A DNA stretch of 61,571 bases, counting the filler. It is 15 parts of 15 records of this genome, joined end to end, with 100 filler letters (N's around TTAATTAATTAA, not from the genome) between each part and the next. Parts side by side here need not be neighbours in the genome. Positions count along the whole stretch, not along the records: positions 7,119 to 12,081 come from SRR7504441_17074; positions 12,182 to 15,696 come from SRR7504441_17083; positions 15,797 to 19,475 come from SRR7504441_17100; positions 19,576 to 22,872 come from SRR7504441_17102; positions 22,973 to 26,621 come from SRR7504441_17111; 10 more parts are not named here. One strand, written 5' to 3'. Positions 11,853-23,040 of this stretch are shown here, piece by piece (within the stretch, counting starts at the first letter, position 1; every line of letters begins with the position of its first letter). A program made the translations under genes and the position numbers. The notes under the pieces are model-generated. The model searched no databases, was not told the DNA's origin, and was given only the letters and a program-made list of their open reading frames with translations.

Positions 11853-12064
11853 ATCCGCTCTAGGTCGGCCTGCATGGCCGCCTTGTTGTCCGAGCGCGAG
11901 CCACAACCTCCCATGTGTGATGATGCAATGATGCAAGAAGCTTGAAAACAACCGACGACCCAACTGACAGTCATCAGTTGGGTTGGCGGCTGCAAGCTTG
12001 CATCATCACACATGGGAGGGTGTGGCTCGACCGCGGCCATGCAGCAGGCCGACCTAGAGCGGAT
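11853..12064. repeat. Long imperfect fold-back inverted repeat (hairpin RNA-like or MITE-like)
   Basis: ATCCGCTCTAGGTCGGCCTGC pairs with GCAGGCCGACCTAGAGCGGAT; CGAGCCACAACCTCCCATGTGTGATGATGCAA pairs with TTGCATCATCACACATGGGAGGGTGTGGCTCG; inner ACCCAACTGA/TCAGTTGGGT closes a 6-nt loop. Confidence 0.9.
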
Positions 12065-12328
12065 CGCCCGGGAGAAGGTCCNNNNNNNNNNNNNNNNNNN
12101 NNNNNNNNNNNNNNNNNNNNNNNNNTTAATTAATTAANNNNNNNNNNNNNNNNNNNNNNNNNNNNNNNNNNNNNNNNNNNNCCCCCCTCAACTCGCCCTC
12201 TAATCCAACCCACTTGCTCTTACTGCCTCTTAACAGTACTGTAGGTTGTACGAGTTCGTAGTCTACGTAGTCTATAAAGCGCGCTGTGACATAACGGTGC
12301 TGTGCTGTGCGGTGAGCCGGTCCGCGTA

Positions 12329-14335
12329 ATGCGTAGGCACAAGGTGGGGTGGAAGACCAGGCAGGCCGGCCCTGACCCTGCGGACGAGCCGTTCGAGCCG
12401 CCGCTGGGCTCGATCTACCCCAAGCTGTGCCCCGGGTTCCACACTCAGATCCTGGCCTGGGCCGTGCTGGCCGGCGCCAGCATCCAGCTGGTCGGCCCCA
12501 CCGCGTGCGCGCTGCTGCTGGTGGCGCTCTTGAGCGTCTTCGTAACGAGCGCGCCCCAGCGGTATGCCACCTGGCCGGTGCCCTCGGCGTTCTGGGAGCA
12601 CTACTGGGGGGTGCCGGAGGCGAGCCTGCACATACCACTGACGGCTCTGATGGCCCTCCTAGTGCTCACCGGCTCTTTAGGCACCGCTGGCCCGTCGATG
12701 CTGGCGTACGGCACCGCCGCGGGCACTCCTTTCCTGTGGACGCTGTTTGGGGTGCCGCTCTGGCCACTGGCGCGTATCTCGGCGGGTGCCGCGCTCATCC
12801 TGGGCTGCTCGAGCGCTCTGGCTGGACCTGGACCGCGCGCTGGGGGCTCGCTGGAGCTGTTCGCCAGGGTGTGGTCGCTCCTGATTGCCTACGCCCTCCA
12901 GCTCGACTGGCCGGGCCATGCAGGCTACTACCAGTGGTTCTACAGCTCGGGCCTCGAACTGGCTAGCCGCCGTGGGCTGGGCATCAACGCGTGCAAGCCA
13001 TACGGCGTGCTCACCATCCCCAGTCTCACCCCTGCCCAGCACAACCACCTGCACGCCATCGTGGCCATCGGGCTGGCTGCCAGCAGCCTTGTGCCGTGCG
13101 CTGCGCTCTCAGGATCGTGCTGGCTCGGGTTCTTGCTGGTAGCGTCGCAACTGGGGCAGGAGACCGCAATCGGGCAGCACGCTGCAGTGCCGGTGCACAG
13201 TGTGCTGGTGTACTTGGCACTGGGGCTGCCCTTTGGCGGCGAGTGGTCGATCGGGTTTATCAAGCTGCACCTCAGCTCGCTTTACCTGGCGGCCGGGCTG
13301 CTCAAACTGGCCACAGCCGTAGCGCAGCGCCGCGCGTGGTGGGCCGCGCCTACCATCCAGAGTTACATATTCTCGGCGCTGTGGAGCCGTCCGTCCAAGC
13401 AGTATCAAACAACGGTGTTCGGGCTGGTTGAGAAGCTTGCCCGCCTGATCGTCACCACACCGGCGCTGTGCTCCGGGATGGCTGTGAGTGGGCTGTTGCT
13501 GGAACTGCTCTTCCCGCTCGCGCTGCTCGATCGGCAGGCTGCGTACGGGCTCGGGGGGATGGCGTTTGGGTTTCATGTGGGCGTGTTTGTGCTGCAGGGG
13601 ATCGACTTCACAAAGTACTGGGCCCCGGCCCTGCTGCTGTTCTTGCTCGAGCCCGACCCTCTCACGATCCAGTCGCTCTGGCTGCCTGCCGCCGCTGGGC
13701 CCGGCGAGAGTGCGGCCTGGGCACTGGGCGCGCTCTATTTGGGGGCTCAGCTCTTCTTCGCGGCGAGCTTCAACGAGGCCTGGAGCACCGGCCCGCTCCC
13801 GTTCAGCTGCATGCCTGTCTTCTCGATTGCTAATAACATATTCGACAATGAAGTCCCGAGCTCTTGGGCGATGATGGCTGGCGATCAGCGCTGCGCCGGG
13901 CACATGGGGGTGCTCGAGTGGAAGGGCCCGTTCTTCGATTCCAAGTGGTTCGCTATGTCTGGCGACGATGTGCGCAGACTGCCCTTCCCGATCTGCTGGT
14001 TCTTATTGAGGAAGGACGCCGGCAAGCCTGCCGCCGACGGGAGCGACATTGTGAGAAAGGTGCTCAACACCGGGTTCAAAAAGCAGTACGAGAGCGCAAC
14101 GTGCATGATCTTTAGCAACTTCGAGATGCCGGTAGATCTGTACGGCAAGCTCAAGCAGCTGATCGAGCTGATCGTGCAAGGGGAGCCTGCGGACGCTTAC
14201 GATCGCACGAAGATGCAGCAAGTCGTCTCGATGCAAAGCGAGTGCCGGCAGATATTTGACAGCCAAGTGGTGGCCAAGCTGTGTCTACCCAAGCAACCCC
14301 CGATGATGCTCGAGAAACAGATGAGTGGCTTCTGA
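12329..14335 (+). CDS. Polytopic membrane protein, HTTM-like (vitamin K-dependent carboxylase TM domain family)
   Basis: Uninterrupted ORF of about 668 aa with many hydrophobic helices; YLAAGLLKL, LLLELLFPLALL, FHVGVFVLQGIDF and PLPFSCMPVFS resemble HTTM motifs. Confidence 0.6.
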   Translation: MRRHKVGWKTRQAGPDPADEPFEPPLGSIYPKLCPGFHTQILAWAVLAGASIQLVGPTACALLLVALLSVFVTSAPQRYATWPVPSAFWEHYWGVPEASLHIPLTALMALLVLTGSLGTAGPSMLAYGTAAGTPFLWTLFGVPLWPLARISAGAALILGCSSALAGPGPRAGGSLELFARVWSLLIAYALQLDWPGHAGYYQWFYSSGLELASRRGLGINACKPYGVLTIPSLTPAQHNHLHAIVAIGLAASSLVPCAALSGSCWLGFLLVASQLGQETAIGQHAAVPVHSVLVYLALGLPFGGEWSIGFIKLHLSSLYLAAGLLKLATAVAQRRAWWAAPTIQSYIFSALWSRPSKQYQTTVFGLVEKLARLIVTTPALCSGMAVSGLLLELLFPLALLDRQAAYGLGGMAFGFHVGVFVLQGIDFTKYWAPALLLFLLEPDPLTIQSLWLPAAAGPGESAAWALGALYLGAQLFFAASFNEAWSTGPLPFSCMPVFSIANNIFDNEVPSSWAMMAGDQRCAGHMGVLEWKGPFFDSKWFAMSGDDVRRLPFPICWFLLRKDAGKPAADGSDIVRKVLNTGFKKQYESATCMIFSNFEMPVDLYGKLKQLIELIVQGEPADAYDRTKMQQVVSMQSECRQIFDSQVVAKLCLPKQPPMMLEKQMSGF

Positions 14336-14821
14336 TTCAGTAATACCGTCCTAATACCGTCCCGCGTCGAAGAGCGCTAGTAACGCACTCGTGAGAACTC
14401 ACTGGCATACCGTTGCCATGATCTTACGAGTACGTAAGTAATCGTACGAGTATAAATTATCAGTAAATTGGTCTACTTGAGATAGTAGTTATCACACAGG
14501 CACGACAATCAGCGCGTTCAACGGCGCTTCAACACCATTCGTGTCTGTGGTTTGTATGTAGCAGTCTCCAGGCCGGCCGTGCCCAGTCTGTCCCACTCCG
14601 TAGCCTTCCTGCACCAGCCCGTGAGCCCGGCCAGCGGTCGGCGGAGTACCTCCCAGGCCCCCGACCTGGCCACCTCCCGGCTGACCGGTTGCTGCAGCCT
14701 TGCCGGCATCCAGCTCGCCCGCTCCAGCGATCCGGCCCCGTGCGCCGACCGATCGACCCTGACGCCTACCTGCACTCGAAGACTCACCCTGCCCCCGACT
14801 GAGCTGCAGCCACACCCCAGC

Positions 14822-15463
14822 CTACCCTGCAGGAAAGCCGGCCGGGCCCTCCACCAGTCGCCCCGGCTGGAACTCGAGTGCCTTCAGCACCGGCAGCAGC
14901 TCGTGATCGCCGCCCACGCAGAGCACCCCGGCTAGGTGGTCGGCCAGCCGCTGCTCGTCCGGCAGATCGGCCCAGCCGTCCACAATCAACGCGGTGTTGC
15001 TGAACAGTACAGCGGAGGCGTAAGATAGCGGCCCAGAGGCCGGAACATCGGAGATAACCACCACCGGCACCCCCCGCGAGGCCACCAGCGCGGCGACCTC
15101 GCCCAGCCCATGCTCGCCCTCCTGTGGGGTGAGCGGGTGGGCCTGTATGACCAGCAGCAGCCAGCCCGGCCTGTTGAAGCCCCGGCTCTCATCTTTGTGC
15201 ACCTCGTCCACCCGATCGCACCAAGTGGTCACCTTGCGCTGGACCAGCGGCCAGTTGCCGAACTTTTGGCCGGGTGGGCCGCCGGTGAGCAGGTAGAGGT
15301 TTTTCGTCTCGAACGGGTACTTCATCCGGGCGCCGCGCAGCCCGCCACGCAGCTGGCACAGGAACATCTGCTCATCCTCGGCTGAGCTACCGCCTATCCA
15401 TGGGCTGTCCGGCCAGCATGAGCCGCAGGAGACGACTGCACTGCGCGCAGAAGACGCCGGCAT
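14822..15463 (-). CDS. Hypothetical protein; 3' end probably spliced further toward about 14500
   Basis: Open frame from ATG 15463 with globular-looking composition; no family recognised. Confidence 0.5.
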   Translation of the reverse strand: MPASSARSAVVSCGSCWPDSPWIGGSSAEDEQMFLCQLRGGLRGARMKYPFETKNLYLLTGGPPGQKFGNWPLVQRKVTTWCDRVDEVHKDESRGFNRPGWLLLVIQAHPLTPQEGEHGLGEVAALVASRGVPVVVISDVPASGPLSYASAVLFSNTALIVDGWADLPDEQRLADHLAGVLCVGGDHELLPVLKALEFQPGRLVEGPAGFPAG

Positions 15464-15505
15464 TCTTTTGATTCGTGAATAAAATTGTTGATTCCGGATT
15501 GCTCC

Positions 15506-15696
15506 ATGGCTTCCTCCCGAACCTCGCCGTACGCCGCCGCCCTGCCCGCCGCCACTACCGAGATTGCCCGGGAGCCGGCCGGGCCTGCCTTCGAGCGGCT
15601 GAGCGCCAAGCTGGCCGCGGCCCGGCAGGAGCAAGACGGCCAGCAGCGGTGTGGGCAGCTGGAGCGGGCGCTGGAGGAGCTCAAGCCCCGGCTGGG
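15506..15696 (+). CDS. Hypothetical coiled-coil protein, 5' fragment
   Basis: MASSRTSPY...FERLSAKLAAARQEQ, open to the contig end. Confidence 0.45.
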
Positions 15697-15796
15697 NNNN
15701 NNNNNNNNNNNNNNNNNNNNNNNNNNNNNNNNNNNNNNNNTTAATTAATTAANNNNNNNNNNNNNNNNNNNNNNNNNNNNNNNNNNNNNNNNNNNN

Positions 15797-15891
15797 TCCT
15801 TGCATCGGCTGCGCCGCCGGCCGTGCGGGCAGAAGCCCTTGCCGCCGCACTCCTTGCATGTATAGCGCTGCCGGCCGTGCGGGCAGGACAT
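15797..15891 (-). CDS. CxHGRxRxxCKECGG zinc-repeat protein, N-terminal fragment (not called by the ORF track)
   Basis: Minus strand reads MSCPHGRQRYTCKECGGKGFCPHGRRRSRCK, truncated by the spacer. Confidence 0.8.
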
Positions 15892-16315
15892 TGTCACAAG
15901 GAGATAAAGAAGAAGAGATTGAAGAATGGGAAAGATGCAGCAGACGATGCAGATGCAGCAGCAGCAGATGCAGCAGAGGCAAAAGGCTTATGAACAGTAT
16001 AATAAGCAACATGAATATGCCTTATGAATAAATTAGTTTCTATGCGAACTCTTGGTTTTAATCTGCAGTCTAATAAGTGATCTGGCATAGATCTATGCTT
16101 TAGCTTTACGCGCTTCACGCGAGCTCTCAATCGCTCTCAATCTACAACTCGAGGTTGTTATCGGCGTACTCGTTCTGGCACAGCTCGCCTAGCTCGTCGA
16201 TCCAAATCCGCTTCACGCGCTCAGATAGCGCCTCGACCACTAGCTCGCGCACGTCGTCGTCGTGCCGGACTCCTGAGTACCTGCACACATCATCCAGTCG
16301 TCACACCCTAAGCCG

Positions 16316-19300
16316 CTAACAATTCCACCGGATCCCAAAGCTCTGATTCTTTTTGTTATCCCTCCAAAACATGCTTTCATTTATCTCCCGGATTCTTACG
16401 AGCTCGATCTGCCATCCGGTCAGCCCCAAAGCCGTCCGAGTTGCCGATGCCTGATTCTCATCGTGCTGGGAATTCAGCTTCCATATCAGCCTCTCGTGGT
16501 CAGAGCTCACACGCATTTTGATCGTACTAGTGCCGCCTGATGGGTTCTCGATTACGAAGAATGCGCCACGAGTCAGCGCACTGTCCTGTACCAACCAGGA
16601 GTCACACCGATAGCTACAGGCGCCACCTTTGACCCGGATCCAACAGGTGACGTTGGGCTGACTGGAACGGCAGCTGAGCCTCGGGACGAGTCAGTCCTCG
16701 AAGTCCCTGGCTCATCCGTGGCCGAACCCCCACTCTTCACACCGGCCCGTTTCTGCTGCAGCTGCCAGCGCACCAGTCAGTTGCGCATTGAATGACAGCC
16801 AGGGGTACCAATTTCTGCAGCCCAATGCCTGGCGTGTTTACTTTGCGACTCGATTCGAGCTCGTCTTGGTTAGTGCTCCGTGAGGAAGCTGGCATCCGTT
16901 TTTTGTCCAGTTTATGCTTTTCAGCGATCGCCTTGATCCGATCCAACGTGTTTTTAACGTCCGCCCCTTTCGAACGGGCCGAATTTTTAATATCTGAGGC
17001 TTGGCTGAGGCCTTCCTCGAGCTCGAGCAGCTGCGTATCCAGTAAGGCGTCGCCCGCCAGCTTGCTGCCCACTATTCCTGACACAATTGAGGCGTTATCC
17101 AAGTCACTGGTGACTTCATCAGTGAATAACGGGTTGGATGTGGTCCTATCGGCTGCAGGCGGCGGCTGTGGAACCAGCCTCTGCTGCTTTTTTATCATTT
17201 GCGCCACTTTATTCAGACCTTTCAGACCCTTCGTCCCTTTCTTGGGCGCTGTGCTATCCAGCAAGGCGTCCCCAGCCAGCTTACTGCCCACAATGCCAGT
17301 GGCCTCGTCCAAATCGAGCTCGCCGCTCTCGAACGAAGAGAACGAAGATTCAAACAGAGGGTTATCGGCTAACTTGCTCTCATCTACCTCCTCCGCACGA
17401 GAGCTAACCTTGGGCTCTCGCTTCTTGCCGCCCTTTTGTTGCTTTATCAGTGCCGCGACCTTGGCCAAACCCTTGGAGGAGCCGCCTGACGACTGGCTCG
17501 AGACGCTCATGGCGTCGTCGAGGTCCAGCTCTGCGGTGCCCATTGTGACCCCATCCAGATCCATCTCCGTGTCAGGTTTGGGCGGGAGGTTGCCGGCGAT
17601 CTGATCCAAATCCAGCTCGTCGTCCTCCAGATCGGCGTCGAGGTCGAGCTCGGACGCCTTCGGCTGGTGCCCAGTCAGATCGTCCAAGTCCAGAGGCTTG
17701 CTAGCCCCATTCGCAGCTCGTGTGCCACCGGTTGGGCTCTTCTCAGCACTCCCAACGAACCAGCCCGGCTTGGAACCACTTGCATCCTTGTCCTCAAACA
17801 CTGGATTCGTACTCTGCGCGGCCTCGCTGGTGAGGTCGTCAAGGTCCAGCGCAAGTGTCGGGTCCGCAGTAGCCCCCCCCGAAAACCACGAACTGCCCTT
17901 GGCCCCATCATCCGAAAACAAAGGATTTTGAGCGTTCCTTACTTCTTCCTTGGCCGCCTTGACAATCGCGTCCACCTCTGACTGACGCTCAGACGCACTG
18001 ACCTGCATCGATGGGAGAGCTAGTGGCCCTCCCTCTTCGGCCAGACCAGGCCGCTTGTTGACAAGTTGCTTCATCTTTCCAAGCCGGTCTGCCACTTGAT
18101 CTTGGGCCTGCTCGAGCCGAGACGGCTTGGCCGTGTTTTTGTCACCTGGCTGCTGATTTGCGAGCACCTTCTTGACGGCGCCTTGGATCTTCATGACCTT
18201 CTGATTTCGAGCAAAGGCCTCCCTGTCCTGCTTCAGAGCCTCTTGCTCGGCTCGAGCGACCTCCCGAGCTGACATGATAGCAGCCTGCTCTATGGGCACG
18301 ACGTCCTCATCCAGCTGATCATCGCTCTGGTCGTACTGGCTGCGGCTCTGGCTCTTCACTGCGTCCATCAAGTGAGCGGGGAGCAAGTCGCCGCTAGGCA
18401 CTTGATCCTTGTCTCGGAGCTCGCTGTCGCGCTTATCAACAGAATCCATCAGACTAGCCTTTAGATGCTCGACTTGGCCGCTGACCTCTCGCACCCATCG
18501 CTGCCTGTACTTCTTGATCCCCTTCTTCTTCTGATTCTCGTTGCGGGCCTTCTTGACAACACCCCGCTCCGATTCATGCTTCCATTCCCCGATACTCTTG
18601 CGTAGATTGTAGCTACAGAATGATCGAATGGTAAGCGCGATGATGTCTCTAGCCTTAAAGTTGTCGCACTCGAATTCCAGCCGGAAGATTCCGTCCTCAA
18701 ACGAGTCGTCCTCGCAGAATATAATTGTAAACACAGTCAAGTTGGTGGGATGCAGCACCACTTGCACGTCCTCGGTCCAAGGAGTGTGCACCTCTATTCC
18801 TTCATCTGTGCTCTTACTCACCAGCTCGCCTTTGCCGCAGTCATACATGTACTTGACCTGTGTGACGAAGCCTGCCATCACCTGCAGCCCGTCCGAGTCC
18901 ATGGAGAGCACTCGTGGCTCATCCCCCTGCATTGTCCGCCGAAATACTTTAAACTTGCACTCACCAACCACCAGGATGCGATGACACACGTTCTGGATCT
19001 TTGGGCAGACCATCAACCTTTTGGCTTCCGCCTGCATGAGTGGTCCCCGGACCCCGTCACTGCGTACAGGCAGATATTTGCACATCAACTTGGCCGAGAC
19101 GTCGTCGATGGTGGGCTGCAGTGGCCACAGTTAGGCCGGAAGCCAATAGGGCCTTTAGACCTGGTAGAGCTTCTCTGTGGCTCTAGAAATCGGCAGAAAT
19201 GGTGCTTGCTTGCCATCGAATTCATACGAGCGATACCACTGTAGGATGGAGTCACCCTCGACTCCACCAAAGTACGAGGCATCCGCTTCGAGAGTCCCTA

Positions 19301-19475
19301 CCGGCTTCAAGTCAGCACATTGTCTAATATGCTAGATCCACCTGAGTGGGCCGGGCCGCCCTGAATTTTCAGCGCGAGCAGCCTGAACCACACATGCACA
19401 GCTCAGCCACACACAGCCTACAACTGCACCGGGGATAGCCAGGGCCGACGGGAGTCTCTTCAATGGCTTCGACCT
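16316..19475 (-). CDS. AIR9/SCAB-like Ig + PH-like protein with a long disordered linker and a C-terminal PH-like domain; 5'-partial, 3' end uncertain
   Basis: Spliced A9-type Ig motif YFGGVEGDSILQWYR...ISRATEKLYQ/PTIDDVSAKLMCKYLPVRSDGVRGP; LEFECDNFKARDIIALTIRSF; C-terminal TRGAFF...MRVSSDHERLIWK...IELVRIREI. Confidence 0.65.
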
Positions 19476-19575
19476 NNNNNNNNNNNNNNNNNNNNNNNNN
19501 NNNNNNNNNNNNNNNNNNNTTAATTAATTAANNNNNNNNNNNNNNNNNNNNNNNNNNNNNNNNNNNNNNNNNNNN

Positions 19576-22243
19576 CTGCAGGGCTATCAGGAGTATTTCA
19601 ACGGAAGCACTGAGCAGGCCGAGCGGTATTACTCTCGTCCAAAGGCCGCAATCGGGGTGGAGCTCGGGATGCGGCGCAAGGCGCTGGTGTATGAATTGTT
19701 TGTGGAGTACACCCGGCTCAAGGGCAGCCTGGCCGAGAGAGACCTGGTCGATCAGGCGATCGAATTGCTGCCATGGACCAGATTCGTCGAGTACGATTGC
19801 GTGTACGTGGACGAGGCCCAGGACTTCACCCCAGCAGAGCTGGCTGTGCTGCTCTCGGCCTGTGGATCGGCCGGGGGGCTGATGGTAGCCGGCGATACGA
19901 TGCAGACCATGCCAGGCTCTGCTTTCTCTTTCAACGACGTGCTGGCGATCTGGAACCAAGTAACCAGCACCATGCAGGTCCCCTGCCCTGCTGTAAGCTG
20001 CGCCCTAACTCGCAACTTCCGAAGCGCGGCGCCGATTGTCCTGTGCGCCAATCGCATTATCGCACTTCTGCACGAGCAGTGCCCAGGCTCTATTGATTGG
20101 ATCCAGGAGGAGGCTCTGCTAGAAGGCACAGCCGCCCGGCCGCTTCTGGTGCACATTCCGCCCGGTCGGATGCGCCTTGCGTGTGTCTACAGCCGGGTGC
20201 TGATGGGGCGAGGCGCCAGTCAGATGACAAGCTTGCGCCACCTGGAGCTGGCGGTGCTAGTCAGGACGGCTGCTGCCCGGGAGAGGCTCAAGGCAGCTGG
20301 GGTGCAGGCGGCGATTCTGACCGTTATGGAGGCCAAGGGACTCGAATTCGACCTGGTGATCGCAGTCGACTTCGTCAAGGACAGCCCGAGCCGGTCGGTG
20401 TGGGAGCTGGATGCTGGGCGGGACGATCCGGTCGTGCTGGCCGGCCGAGTGACCGAACTCAAGTGCCTGTACACTGCTCTCACCCGTGCGCTCCGTGCTC
20501 TGGCCCAGTGCTCACGCTTTGGCAGGTGCCCGGCACAGCTGCGTGTGGCTCGAGACTGCAACCGAGCTGCCCGAGTCGCTGTTTGGCCATCTTGAGTGCA
20601 GCTTCGAGATCTGGCGGATCCCGGATGCGGTTGGGTACCCAGTCCATGTAGCTCAGTCTCTCTCGCCAGAGCCGACGGCACTAGGCCCGACCGCTGCTCA
20701 GTTCGAGCAAGCCCAGATCGAGCTGACCAACGCGCAGGCCGCCGAGCGGGTCGCGCTTGCAGCCCGAGAGCAGATGCTGGCTGCCGCTGCTGAATCGGCG
20801 GCTGACTTTGTTATCGTGAGCAGCCAGGAGATGATCGAGTGGATCGATAACGAGATCCGGAGCCGAGCCGGCACACCCAACCGCAAGGCGGCACACGCTG
20901 CGCTGCGATACGAAAAGAAGCGGCTTGGGACGGGCAAGCCGGTCGACCTCGGGTTTGTCCAGGGGTTTGAGCGAACGTTCGGCCAGTCACAGTCAATTTT
21001 GCAGGCAGCGCTGCTGCGAGCAGAAGCGCGTGCTGCGGCAGGTATCAATGCGGCAGCAGACAGGACACGAGAGGCACGCGACCAACTGACCGCGCTGCTT
21101 TGGCGAGACCCAGAGGATGTGCTGCCGCTGGCCGGACTGATGCAGCAGCAGGCCGGGATAGTGCTCAGCGACGACGCGATGAAGCTTGTGCACGGGATCC
21201 GGGCCCGAGCGAACCGACTGGTGACGCACGCGCTGGACGAGCTCGAGCAAAGAGCGCCGGTGCTCGTGGAGGCCCGGGCCATGCTGGAGGAAGCTGGTGG
21301 CGTGCTGGACCGCCTGTTGGAAGCCCAGCTCAGGCAGGCTGGCGAACGGACGGTGAGCACCGACAGCTTGCTAGGCGGCGCTCCGAGGCCATTTTCGCTG
21401 TCTACCCTCGATTTCGTGTCTGTGGTCCGGACTGTGGCTGATGCCGCGTGCAGGATCGATCACCTGCCGACGCTGCCTGTGCGGCTGTGGGAAGCGATCA
21501 TAGCCAAGCTGGCGCCCGACGAGCTTGAGCCGGACCGAGTCGACCAGTTGATCCAGGCTACCAGCTCTCGAATAGCTGAGCATGCTGCACTTCGCGCCGA
21601 GATTTTGACTGAAATTGGTACAGTCTCGGGGCTCGCGCTTCGACAGGCGGCGGCTCGAGCCAGCTGCTACAGGGATTGGCTCCGACGATGCATGGCATCC
21701 GCCAGGCGGCTCGCAAGGGTACAAGCTTGGTGCGAAGCCAGCACGAGCGCTGCGATGGTGTTCGATCCGCCGAATTTAGCACGGGTGCCGGCAGGATTGT
21801 CGGTCCGCAAGCAGGAATGGGCAGCCACAGCCGGGCTCTACTGCCTGGCAGGTGCCTGGTGGCCAAACCTTGACGGTCGTGTTTCGGCGCTGGTCCCCGG
21901 AAGTGTCAGGTGCGGGGCCCTGGTGCTACGGTTTGCCCAGTGGAGGGCGGCACGCCTGCAGAAAGAGGCCGTGGCGTGCGCTATCCTGGCCGTGGCAGCA
22001 GCTGCCAAGCACAAAGTGCATTCCTGCTGCTGGACTGCAGCCCCGTCCATATGTGCCCATGCACTCCAGTGTGCTGAAGCTCTAGAATCGTGGCACGCGA
22101 ATGCCGTCCTGGGTTGTCGCAATGAGAGTATTCAAGATGGCTTGAATCGTACAAGCAAAAGGAAATCTAGCCGAAAATCAAAGCTAAATCTGATCCTTCG
22201 AAGCTTGCGAAGAACTTACATAGTACTCATGCGCCGCGACTAG
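19576..22243 (+). CDS. TRANK1-like UvrD/SF1 helicase, C-terminal part; intron 20486-20525
   Basis: YVDEAQDFT, VAGDTMQT, SAFSFNDV, LTRNFRS, LTVMEAKGLEFD, ELKCLYTALTRARHSCVWLE. Confidence 0.85.
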
Positions 22244-22463
22244 CTATGCATCTGATTTATGACCTTTCATCTCCCGACTACAACCCGACCCACTCTATCA
22301 CGAACCATGGTCGCACCACGCTGGAGGTTTAATTATGAGAATTTAATTAAAGAGAATTACTATACCACAAGTATCATTTATACCACAATAGTTCAAACAG
22401 CCGACAGATCCAGATTTGTGTGGTACCTTACGTAGTAGGGCTGCTATGTGTATTACAATATCA

Positions 22464-22872
22464 TCAAGGCAAGAAGGGGCCCCAAAACCCGCCGTATTTG
22501 GTCACTCCGACACGGTGCGCCAGCTCGGGGTCGCCCCCGGTTCGCACCGGGTTGAACTCGGCTCGCTGCAGCTGCTTGAGCCGGCCAATCATCCGGGCGA
22601 GCAGCGCAGCGTGTGCGGACTCCCCAGACAAGTTGTGGTGCTCGCCCGGGTCGGCAAAGATGTCGTACAGGCACGCTCCGTTCGGACAGACCTCCGCACG
22701 GGCGCCCGACCAATACTACCGGCGTGGAAGCGCGGGCGGAACAGGCGCAGAGGACATTGCGTGGGTCGGTGGCAGCAAACCCACAAAACTGATCAACCGA
22801 ATTCAGGTTAGGCAGACCGTCGGAAGTGACATCACTTCCTGGACACAATTACAATATTCCAATTTATCCGAG
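22464..22872 (-). CDS. Arylsulfatase (ARSB/I/J-like) C-terminal fragment, in a frame not called by the ORF track
   Basis: After a 40-nt intron: YWSGARAEVCPNGACLYDIFADPGEHHNLSG...LLARMIGRL...FNPVRTGGD...KYGGFWGPFLP*. Confidence 0.75.
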
Positions 22873-23040
22873 NNNNNNNNNNNNNNNNNNNNNNNNNNNN
22901 NNNNNNNNNNNNNNNNTTAATTAATTAANNNNNNNNNNNNNNNNNNNNNNNNNNNNNNNNNNNNNNNNNNNNGCTTTCAATCGTTTCTGGGTCCAGGCAG
23001 CGCTTGCACCTTTGGGACTGGTTGTTCTAGCGGCACTCAG

